Shown: piece by piece, positions 1 to 9,762 of the stretch | Numbering within the stretch: position 1 is the first letter of the stretch | Layout of the letters: each line of letters opens with the position of its first letter | Source of the DNA: Chrysemys picta bellii | Lineage: Eukaryota | Assembly: GCF_011386835.1 (NCBI RefSeq) | Contig: NC_088802.1 | Coordinates: 55,304,001 to 55,368,000 of the forward strand | Direction of reading: 5' to 3' | Length of the DNA stretch: 64,000 nt | Position numbers and translations under genes: made by a program | Notes under the pieces: model-generated | The model's input: the letters and a program-made list of their open reading frames with translations, nothing else | Databases searched by the model: none | Told to the model about the DNA's origin: nothing

Positions 1-1392
1 ACTTTTATTCAAACAATAACTCAGTACAGGGCACATTTCTCTTCAGCTTTTAAAAAAGGTTTTCAGCACTTTACAATCTTCATACAAGTTTTGCTAATTT
101 TCTACATTCATTCATTTAGCACGGAATATCCTGGATTAAAAATCTTTAGCAAAATTATGACATCAACGCAGGAGGTTCTTATTACATATGCCCATAGTCT
201 ATATATAAAACAAACAAAAAAACCTTCTCTGTGTGTGATGTGTGTGTGTATATTGCCAGCAATGTCCTAGTAAACAGGCATGTAAAGAGGTTTTAAAAAT
301 CACATCAGAAAGAGGAAGTGTGTACAGCTTTGCAATGAAGACTTTCACCGGAACTGAAAGGGTTAAGTCTGTACTCTGGGAGTAGGCCACTTACTGACTT
401 CTCCGCACTCAGTGATTGAAGAAGCAATACCAGTAGCCATTAATTCCAATCCTACTGTGTTTGTCTCTAAAGTTATCAAGACACACAAAGAAGATTGACA
501 GGATTTAGGAAATTAAACACTGGAATTCTTCTCCCCTCCAGCCACCCTCCCAAGAAAAAAACAAACCAAAACACAGTTGTTTTTTTAAAGTCCAATTTCA
601 AAATGCAAAAGTGTCTTTGGATTGCTCTGGCGAGCTGCATAATCCCACGATTTATCCCCCAGAGCACGAACGTGAGGTAACAATACCTTGCTACAAAATA
701 TACAACAAAAGAAAGAATGAACCTTCCAACAATGCTGCTTGAGTCGGCCCTGGTGGTTTAATTAGATGGAGCAGAATAACTGTCCAACCCCCACCAAGAA
801 CCAACTATTTCTCTCCGAGGCCTAAACCTCTGCACTATCCACTTTTCTTAAAGCAACCGTGTCGAGTTTGGTTGAATTAAAGTGGATGCCACCCAGAGAG
901 GGAAATGACCAAACCTCTCTCGTGTCTACACCTGCCTTCCCTTAGAAACAGGAAATTGGCATCGGAATGAAGTGGAAAGGATAGTTAAAGTAACAGTACG
1001 TATACCATAGGCCATGCATATTTGTTCAGTGTTGGAAATGGTTTCTTCCATTTTGTTAGGACGGCGTGGCTCATGTTAAGCCTCAGAAAAGGGATAGTGC
1101 ATTTTTGAACATTCACAAAGTACAAAAACTGGATCTGCCCAGTGACTGTAAACGGCCTCCAGGCTGCTCCAAAAACGAGCACACGCTGTTTGGCAGTTCC
1201 TGCTCTGAAAGGCTTCACAAAACAAGGGCTTTGTAAACACCAGGGAGGGGAAGGTAGCAGCACCATGGTTTCCTTGGATGATCACAAGAGTTAAAAATCC
1301 AAACTAAGAAGAAGTATAAAAGGAGAAAAGAAAAGAGGGACAGAAGCAGAAAGCTCTTCAAAGCAGCAGTTGCCATTTCTAGTCAGGTGTCC
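1..1392 (-). other. BAIAP2: 3' UTR of the IRSp53-S-type transcript
   Basis: Lies between the TGA at 1395-1393 and the AATAAA at 9-4. Confidence 0.75.
4..9 (-). terminator. BAIAP2: Polyadenylation signal AATAAA of the S-type terminal exon
   Basis: Plus-strand TTTATT at 4-9, about 1.39 kb downstream of the stop codon. The cleavage site would fall just outside the window. Confidence 0.7.
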
Positions 1393-1423
1393 TCACACAG
1401 TTGATACCAAAGTGCCATTGCCA
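1393..1423 (-). CDS. BAIAP2: Terminal coding exon (IRSp53-S type): (S)GNGTLVSTV*, class I PDZ-binding motif
   Basis: tttctattccacag|T GGC AAT GGC ACT TTG GTA TCA ACT GTG TGA; phase 2 matches exon 13; homologous to human SGSGTLVSTV. Confidence 0.93.
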
Positions 1424-2483
1424 CTGTGGAATAGAAAGCACAGGAAGACTGCCAGACTGCACTTCACCGCAAAGAGCATCAGATGGACAACACACTTATT
1501 GCAATGCAGTATCCCTTTTCTGGAGCTCAGGTTAGTCCTCTGTGCCCTGGCTTTACCCTACCACTTCCCTAGAACAGCTGGCTGAGAACGCAGAGCGCAT
1601 TACACTTTTCCTTAAAGCGAACCATCTCAGGAGAGCGCTCTGAGCAACTCCTGCAGTTGCTCCACGTGCAACTTCTCTGGCTGTCCCCCAGTGAGGGAGA
1701 GGAACCGCATGCAGCCCTGGCGTTCGGGTTCAGATCCTGCTCATCACAACTAGTGGCCATTTCACTCACAACATGGCAAAAAGTGGGAGGTTTCTTCTCT
1801 CTTTATTTTGAAATATTTCAGTTCCTCCCACCAACGCAGGGCTCAAACTAGCGAACCCCTATCCCCGGGCGAGAGGCTGCTTTCCCTCTACTCAACAAGA
1901 GCGTTCCGAACGCAGGCAGGAGGGCCTGCATTTTGGAGACAGACCTTCCCATTCTGTTATACTTTGGGCTGAGTCCCCATCAGGGCAGGAGAGAGCGGAG
2001 TGAGTGTCTAGAGGGGAAAGTACCAAGAGAAGATACTCTAGGAATGTCCAGAAAGGCTGCCCCAGTTTGAACCGGTGGAATGCGAGACGTTGGCGGTGCT
2101 GTTCCCTTCAGATTAGCCTGCTTTTGAGAAGTGAGAACTACTCATCTGCTGCAGAGTCTCTGAGCCAAGTAGTGACCCTGGGAGAGGCCACAGCTGTGCT
2201 TGGAACTGGCCGACACAAGCTAGATACATTTGGACTCTTCTCCTAGGAGACTCATGGTTGCCCCACACTCAGATGACAAATTCAGATTTATCAATGCCTA
2301 AATTATCTAACCCCATGTTTACGTCTAAACGGCCACATCTAGCATCACCTGCTTGCGTGCCAGTGTATGGCCGCCTCCCAGAATGCGTCCTGCCAAGGGA
2401 TACTGCAGCGTTGTTTACTGTATCCAGCGCTCTGAACATTACGATTCACTTTACTGAACACGATGGGAAATAGAGAGGCTTAC

Positions 2484-2518
2484 CTGCTTCCAGCTCTTGT
2501 CCCATAGTCCTCAAGGCC
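2484..2518 (-). CDS. BAIAP2: Exon 13 (35 nt): GLEDYGTRAGS(S/R)
   Basis: ctcctgtag|GGC CTT GAG GAC TAT GGG ACA AGA GCT GGA AGC AG|gtaagc; homologous to human GLDDYGARSMS. Confidence 0.93.
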
Positions 2519-5140
2519 CTACAGGAGAAAAAGAGAAACCAACCGTGAGACGGCAGAGAGACAGGCTTTGCCATTAGAGGGCACTGGAAGGACACAAGAA
2601 CAGAAGCAAATACACTGGGCCCCAGGGGCTTTCAGGCTCAGAGCCGAAGCATGTGGGTATTAGAAAGTGGAGAGTGATGAAGGTGATGGAAATGGGGTTT
2701 AATGCAGCATCGAGTAAAGTGACACTCATCTCTGCAGAGCGTGTGACTTTACACAACAAGGTCGGTTACAGGAAAGGCAGAAGGAATCTAGCTTCTGCCG
2801 TCCGGCTCCGCCTTGCTACAGCGATCCCATAACTATCAAGGAGCGTCACACGCACTTTGAAAGGGACAAAGTAAGAAGTTAGGCGCACACTGGTGAAATG
2901 GTCTGTGAAAAGTGTGTTTCTTGTAACCGAATCCCACCAGAAATTGCAGCGCTCTGGGCTGTCGGCTGCTTGGACTGGTACTGAATAGCATTATGCTGTG
3001 GGTGGCTGGAGGGGGAGGATAGAAAGGGGCAGCCTACAGCCTTCTGTGGAACAGATGGACGTGGCACTCTAGTGCAGGGCACCCTGGACGTTCCATCCCC
3101 ATGCCAGGATCTGTGCGGAGGGAGAAGGGGGGCCGGCAGAGGAGACGACAGTAGCTCTCTTCTTGGTGAGCAATACTGGGTTATGAGTCGAGACCAATGA
3201 GTCCTGCACCCGCTACCCAGGTCCCTGGGATCCGAGAAGCAGGTTCTGGCAGTCCAGGAATAGATTATTTTTGATACAAATACCTGTCCTCGCCAAACAC
3301 CCCTGCAGAGAGCCAGTTCCTCGTTCAGCTCATCTGGCGCCAACTAGCAAGACGTGAGACTATTCCCCCCCCCCAACATACACACACACACTGCTTCAGC
3401 TGCTGGCACAGAAGTGGGGCTTGGTTTCCCAGCTTGGGCATAGCTTTTCGCAAGCTCCTTGTGGAGTGGCCAGGAGCTAACATGCCGGTCCTCTGCTCAC
3501 TGTCTCAAGAAGGGGCAGATTGCTGACTTGGGGAGCTCGGCCCATCCTGGGACTTGCAGTCTGGCTGTGGCAGTCAGCACCGCGCGGCCCCATGCTGGAG
3601 CCAGCCCGAGATCTATTTAATGTCAAGGTTCGCTTCCAGCCGAGTAACAGAATGATTATTTTTTAGTCTGTTTGTGGGGCCTGCTGGGCACTTGAGCGCC
3701 TGGGACCCACGGTAACGCGGACATGGCCCAGGAAGCCGGGGGAGGGCGGTTCTGAACGGAGAGCTTGGTCTTTTCAAGTAAAAATCCTGCCTCACGTCCC
3801 TGGCCTGAGGCAGCCATTCTACCTAATTACCTCTCGTCTACGAATACCAACCTCAACTCCTCGCCCACAGCTTCCCACCTCACAAAGCCTATGTTGTCGA
3901 TGCTGCTCTGTCCAGCAGCGACAAAGGATCAACTTATTCATCTCAGGAGTCCTTTAAAGCTCATACATTAGCAAGGGGCTCTGATAACTGCTGGTCTCGG
4001 GTGGGGCTGGGGCACCAGGGGCTTTCTCCACCTCAAAAATTTATGGATACGACCCGTGAGTAACTCATTTCTGGTGGGAGGCTCTCATGGAAGCAGCAAG
4101 TGTTGTCGATTGGGAGTTTATGCTGCCATTTTGTGCCATTCTGTGTGTCTCACCCATCTTCTCCAAGTCAGCCAATTGGCTCATCTTCTCCATCACTTTG
4201 GCTTTCCTCTCCCACTATAATTTTTGAAGGGGAGGGGGATTTTTTAGTTCCCCTCAGAGGGACTGGAAGGAGAAAGATCATGGAGCCCTGGGTAAGCTAC
4301 AAAGAATCATCTGGCAAAAACAGCAAAGGCTGGTAAACCCCAATGGAAACATCGCTTTCGTTTGGACTTACAGTTGACCTAGTGTAAGGCCTGTAGTGAG
4401 CAGATGGCAGTTGGCACAGGCCACGGGAGTATTCTTTAATTGCACAACCATAGGGCATAAGGTAGTCCTATAAATAATGAACACAGGCCTGTTGGAGAGT
4501 AACCCTCGTTCACTTGCAATAGGCCAACATCAAAGTAAAACATTGAAAATAAAATTAACACCCTCCCACATCTACTTCCACTGTAAAAACTGCTCTTCAT
4601 GGTGCTGCAGCCAGGGCTCCCACCAATGCCAGGGCCGTAGAGACTCCAGTACGTAAAACCCTCCTCCCACTCACTGCTGCACATCACAGAAACCAGGGAA
4701 GGCCACTCAGTTCAGTATGGGGAGAATACGGGCACTGGCTGTCTCCTGGGGGGTGCATTCCCTGCCTTCCCTGGTTTAGTGCATCCCCACAAGCTCTTCC
4801 CAGCTGACCGGCATTCCACATGCCCATCCTTTGATGGCACATCTGAACAGCCAAAGAGAGTGAGCCAAGAGGTTGGGGCAGACGCCCGTACCTAGAGCAG
4901 AGCTAAAGGCATGCAGGAACCCTGCCCTGGATTAATACCGCAACCCACAGTGGCTACAGGAAGGAGTCTGGAAATCATTGTCTGATCTGCTACATTAAAT
5001 GGGGATTCAACAGCCTGAAGCTGCCCAAGAGGAGGGTAGGAGAGAGGTTGTGTTGGTGCTTTCGGGGGGTTTGTTGGGGTGGTTTTCCCCAAATGCAGCC
5101 ACTCCCCTTGTTTAGTTAAGACTAGAAAAAACAGCACGGA

Positions 5141-5371
5141 GGTAAGAATTCCAAGAGGGCCTAAATGAGTTAGGAGCCTAAGACCCATTTGGGGGGCAGA
5201 TTTTTAAAGATATTTAGGTGCCTAACTCCCATTATTTCAATGGAAGTTCAGCACCTAAATACCTTTAAAAATCTGCCCCGGGAGCTAAAGGCTCATCAAA
5301 AGTCAATAGGATTTAGGCTCCCAAGTCATTTATGAAAATGGGACTTGGGCGTTTTTGAACATTTCACCCAG
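5141..5371. repeat. Nested palindromic repeat with an inner 87-bp hairpin (5193-5279)
   Basis: 41-bp arms (37/41 matches) around an ATTTC loop, embedded in a related TAGGAGCCTAAG/TAGGCTCCCAAG palindromic element. Confidence 0.8.
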
Positions 5372-5687
5372 GGGTGTCTATTGTGAACTGAAACCATCAC
5401 GCACAACTCCCGCATCCCCAAGGGAAACACACACGACTGATCGACAGCAGCAACAGGCGCTAACCCAACAGCTTCGCCCCCTACCCCCCCAAGTCACACT
5501 GCTGCTGTTAAAGCCATTTCTCACGGCATTCAAGGGCTGTTGGGTTTAACTCCCCCGCCGGCCCCCAATACTCCAGAACGCCTGCTCTCCCGCTGGAGGC
5601 AAGCTGCCAGCAATGACAGTGATTAACGTGCACTCACTCTCTGCATCCACAGGTTACCGATTCCCCCCCGGGCTCACAGCACCTCAC

Positions 5688-5853
5688 CTGGGAGAAGGCA
5701 GGCACTGCCACGCTGTATGGTCTCTGTTTGAAAGTGCTGACAGGTTGTGGTGGGAAGACCCGTGATGAGGACACGCCGTAGTCTGGCGGCGGGATGGCGA
5801 TGTCGTCCTTATCCAGCAGGTTGCCTGTGCTGCTGCTTTTCCCTTGTTGCAAG
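5688..5853 (-). CDS. BAIAP2: Exon 12 (166 nt): LQQGKSSSTGNLLDKDDIAIPPPDYGVSSSRVFPPQPVSTFKQRPYSVAVPAFSQ
   Basis: gtag acceptor and gtgagg donor; PPPDY motif; ORF track 5634..5852. Confidence 0.97.
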
Positions 5854-6092
5854 CTACAACAGGAAAATAATCAATCAACCGCCACCCACACATGCTTTCC
5901 TGCCATTGCTAGGGTCCCCTGGGGATCCTGCCCAGTGGCGCTGGTGCTAGCAATGTATTTCACTCCGCAGCCCAGGTGTCACAGGGGCCTCAAGCAGGGA
6001 GCACAGCGAAACCACGGGGCACATTTTATCCTAGACACTCACTAACCAGTGGCAATTATTTGTCATTCACAATTGTGACTGAGTCCTCTGCA

Positions 6093-6278
6093 GACATGCA
6101 GGGCTGCTGGAGCCGTGTTGGTCCCAGGACATGAGAGAGAGAGAGAGGGTAGGGGAGATAATCTCTTATTAGACCCATTTCTGTTGGTGAGGGGGGCAAG
6201 TTGTGGAGCGTACACCAAGCTCTTCTGGGAGAACTGGTTTCTCCTCTACAGTCACTTCTCCAGCAGATAAGACTAATC
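6093..6278. mobile_element. Degenerate Penelope-like fold-back fragment (same family as 15790-16345)
   Basis: GCCGTGTTGGTCCCAGGA...ATAATCTCTTATT...TTCTGTTGGTGAG resembles the 15790-15900 arm; hammerhead core has collapsed. Confidence 0.5.
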
Positions 6279-6695
6279 CAGTGGTTCTCAGCCTTCCCTG
6301 TATCAGGGCTCCCCTTCCATCTAGCCTGGACCCCCTCCCATTTAGCAGTAATGGACAGGGAAAAATCACAGCCTCCCACACTCTAATCCATTTAAAGGTA
6401 CACCTCTACCCCGATAATAACAGGACCTGATATAACATGAATTTGGATATAACGCGGTAAAGCAGTGCTATGGGGGGCACCCCAGCTCCCAAACTCCCTC
6501 CCAGAGCCTGCACCCCAATCCCCTACCCCATACCTCTTCCCCGACCCAAACTCCATCCCAGAGCCATAGGCAGGTGGGGGGCAGAGTTTTTTTTTGGGGG
6601 GGGGGCAGGCTCTGGGTGGCATGAGTGACATTGGGCCGCTGGGAGGATTTTAGGACTGGCGCTGGCCCTAAGGTAAATGGAGTTTGAGACCCCTG
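6279..6695. mobile_element. Cluster of DNA-transposon MITE fragments (two hAT ends plus a Tc1/mariner-like CCCCGATAATAAC...GGATATAACGCGG segment)
   Basis: hAT-type termini CAGTGGTTCTCA (6279) and GTTTGAGACCCCTG (6695); flanks do not match, so probably two different elements. Confidence 0.55.
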
Positions 6696-7023
6696 TCCTA
6701 GGACATCCAGAGCCTTTTCTTTAGTTGTTTTGGCATCACATATGACCATGTCTGATGCAACACACGCCTGGTGAGGAGTCTCACTTCCCTGCATATTTCT
6801 CTGGTTTACTCCACTACAGACATGACATCTGAAAATCTCACGACGTTTCTATAACAAAGTTGGCAAGACTGGCTCGACAGAGCTGAGAAAAGCACAGTCC
6901 ATTGCTGCCTCAGGCCCCGGACACATGCCGGTCAGTGCTGGGAGCTTTTCCCCAGACCCAAGGAAACGTCACCGGCTGCCCCGCACCACCACGCAGCACG
7001 TTTTTTAAAGGGGGTGTTTTTAC

Positions 7024-7092
7024 CTCATATGCAACCTGTCGCTTCCATCGCTGTCAAGAACCCGCGTGTAAGAGAAAGGGAACCAGCCTCTC
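7024..7092 (-). CDS. BAIAP2: Exon 11 (69 nt): (M)RGWFPFSYTRVLDSDGSDRLHM(S), end of SH3
   Basis: cag|G AGA GGC TGG TTC ... ATG AG|gtaaaa; peptide matches recalled human IRSp53. Confidence 0.96.
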
Positions 7093-7962
7093 CTGTAATG
7101 CAGAGCCACAAGACAGTCAAACCTAGCCGCTCACGCAGAGATGTGTGGAGGGAGGAGTCTATGAACATTACGCTCCGGCTACATGCCACACTATGCTGTG
7201 ACAGAAGGGACCATCATTTGGACCACGGCTTTCTAGGGGGTGCTACACACACTGCAAACCAATAAGTCAAGTGTGGTAAAACCTCCAGATCTTAGGGATA
7301 CTATTCAAAAAGGCCCATTCCCTGCCTCGGACACCCCCTCTCAGAGTCTCCCATCACACACACACACTTACAGGAAAAATGGGGGAGGACTTTTGCAGGC
7401 AACAGGATTGGGGTTTTTTTAAATGTAAGATTCCAGGTTTTGTATGCTGGACTAAAATTGCTTCTCCTTCCTGGGCCATTAGGAGCCGGCTGCTGGCCCC
7501 AGCAGCAGTCCCCGCCAGGTCAGATCCCTGCCAAGACCATCTGGAGCGTTTGCTTTATTGGGAGGCTCTGCGGCGCGGTAAGGAGGTTATTTAAGGTTGC
7601 TGGCGTTACGGATAGTGCTGCACAAGCACGCCACGATTCCGCCATTAGCCAGGGCCCCACGCTCAGCCCCCCATGTGTTCCACTGAAGTGAAATTGGGAT
7701 AAAGAGTCAAGACAAGAAGCCCAGCAGTCCCAGCACTCAAAAGCCTGGCCTTGTGCCTCAGGTCGGTGCTTTACCAATCAGCAGCCAGCAAAGCTGGTAT
7801 TTCATCTTGCTCACAATTTTCGACTCCCCATAGTAACCAAGCGGCATGATGGGATGCCAGGAAATACTGGCTGGCAGCTAAGCAAATCCGGCGCGCCAGC
7901 TACTCCAATGTTAAGAGCTAGGTGCTGAGGCAGCTGTAGTTCTAGGGAGTTCAGATACTCAC

Positions 7963-8164
7963 ATTTTTGTTTTCTCACTCTCCCCGTAGTGCCATCCATC
8001 TCGGGCCTCCGGCACCAGGAGCGTGATGAGGTCTCCTTCCTTGAAGCTCAGGAGGGTGGTGTTATCACCAGCAGCATGAGAGAAAATGGCCTGTACTCTC
8101 GTCCTGCCGTTCCTCTCAAGCCCAGCAGCCATGGAACTGGAGCGTGGCAAGGTCTTGTTTTCAG
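7963..8164 (-). CDS. BAIAP2: Exon 10 (202 nt): (T)ENKTLPRSSSMAAGLERNGRTRVQAIFSHAAGDNTTLLSFKEGDLITLLVPEARDGWHYGESEKTK(M), SH3
   Basis: caccag acceptor and gtgagt donor; SH3 signature; ORF track 7959..8252. Confidence 0.97.
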
Positions 8165-8543
8165 CTGGTGAGACGCAAAGAAAGCCCCAACATCTCAGAC
8201 CATGTGGCTGACCACATCCTTGGCAGTTTTCTACTGTGGTATTTAGAGTCATTCATCTACCCAAGGCTCAGCCAGCATTGCAGTTAAGGAAAACTAACCC
8301 CCTTTTAGCCAGTACAGCTCAGACCCTCCTCCCCCACCCCCCTAATTCTGGACTACTGAGGAAGCCATTGCCCCCACTTAGGCTTTTGTGCCACCTGAGC
8401 CCACCTTGCCTCCTCCCACTGCATTAAGGTGCAAAGACCCTTAACTGCTGCTACTCCTAGCTCCGGTCAGCAGCTGACCCATAACCCCCTGGGAGAAGCG
8501 GCTACGTCGCTGCTCTGTGATCTGACGGAGGCTAAATCCTTAC

Positions 8544-8745
8544 TGGTTGCGTAACTGTTTTTCGGTGCGACACTCTTGCGCACAGGAAGTGTGTTGGAGT
8601 ACGAGTCACTCAGTTGCTTCTGATGCTGGGGAGGAGATAGGGATTTTGGCTGGGCTGGCTTCATCTCGGACCAGCGGCTGTAGTCCTCGACCTCAGGGCC
8701 CGAGACGCCATTCATCACGGGAATGGTCTCTTGTGCCGACATGCG
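8544..8745 (-). CDS. BAIAP2: Exon 9 (202 nt): RMSAQETIPVMNGVSGPEVEDYSRWSEMKPAQPKSLSPPQHQKQLSDSYSNTLPVRKSVAPKNSYAT(T)
   Basis: ttcag acceptor and gtaagg donor; SNTLPVRK motif; ORF track 8467..8742. Confidence 0.97.
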
Positions 8746-9534
8746 CTGAAGGGAGAAAGGGCAATGGGAGATTTCAGCATCAGGGATGTCAAGTCACGTA
8801 GAGGTCACATTTCCGTAAAGGACCCACACACTTTAGGAGAATACGGTTTACCATACACAATCAGGCCCCGGTCTATTGTGTTTGGTATCCTGCCTCCAGT
8901 GATGGCCTGCTCTTAATGCTTCAGGAGGAGGGGTAAAGCCATCTAGGGTGGCGTGAGGGACCAGATCCCTGCCGTGATCAGTGTGTGCCAAGCAGGCGGA
9001 GATACAAATACCCCTCTTGACAGGAGGGGAAGTGAGACATGCTAGCATTCAGACCGCCCAGTTCTAAGCCCACCCAGAGGATTTCATTTCAGTCCTCTCC
9101 GACAGCAAGTCCCACAGACTAACTACATCAAGTGAAACATCCTTTCATTTACATTGCTAAGCAGTTTTCACTGGATCATGCAGCCTCTGAGGTTCCCTCC
9201 CCAACTCTTCCTGCAAAGCCAGGGCTCAAAAACTGTGTCCCCGTCTCCCCCTGGGGCTTTGCAAATCCTGGCTGTCTTCACAGGGAGGTACCGAATGTCA
9301 CACAAGCCTCAAAGACATGATAAAGCAGGATGGTCCATTTCACACTGGCCCATGCCAGCCTCCTTCACAAGTGTGCACTAGGGGATTCCCCAAAAGCCCC
9401 ACCGCTGAATGCGGTCTAAAGCTTATTGGCAGGGGACTTGCCTGACTGGTGGAGGCTAGCGAGACCGTGCTAGGCTCACTACACCCATAACGTTACTCAG
9501 CAAGGGCAGCACCACTGATGCCTTGCATACTTAC

Positions 9535-9762
9535 CCCCACGAAGGGCGCCAACTCTGGTGGGACAGGGAGTGGTTTGGCCCCGGGGATAGGATCTGAGAT
9601 GATTAGGTTCGATTTGGACGTAGACAGGGAGCTGGGGATGATTGTGCCATTGCTGCTGGCGGCCATCTGCTGCATCAGTTGGATAGCCCGGTCTGGGATC
9701 TTGTTGGGGTCCGAGCAAGACTGCTGCCAAATCGGGAGCTTCTGTGTCAAGATCTCTTTCCC
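9535..9762 (-). CDS. BAIAP2: Exon 8 (228 nt): GKEILTQKLPIWQQSCSDPNKIPDRAIQLMQQMAASSNGTIIPSSLSTSKSNLIISDPIPGAKPLPVPPELAPFVG, end of I-BAR plus CRIB-PR
   Basis: ctag acceptor and gtaagt donor; ISDPIPGAKPLPVPP motif; ORF track 9493..9750. Confidence 0.97.

Noticed and set aside
831-1101. 10-bp inverted repeat TGCACTATCC/GGATAGTGCA in the 3' UTR
   Set aside because: About one such match is expected by chance in 1.4 kb.
1-2483. Alternative C-terminal exons of the T/L (RNPFAHVQLKPTVTNDR) and M (SADVEVARF) isoforms
   Set aside because: Searched by eye and not found; they probably lie downstream, outside the window.
2879-3343. 154-aa minus-strand ORF
   Set aside because: Intronic, no recognisable domain, composition typical of a random GC-rich frame.
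4468-4477. Isolated MEF2-type motif CTATAAATAA
   Set aside because: About four are expected by chance in 64 kb; no supporting context.
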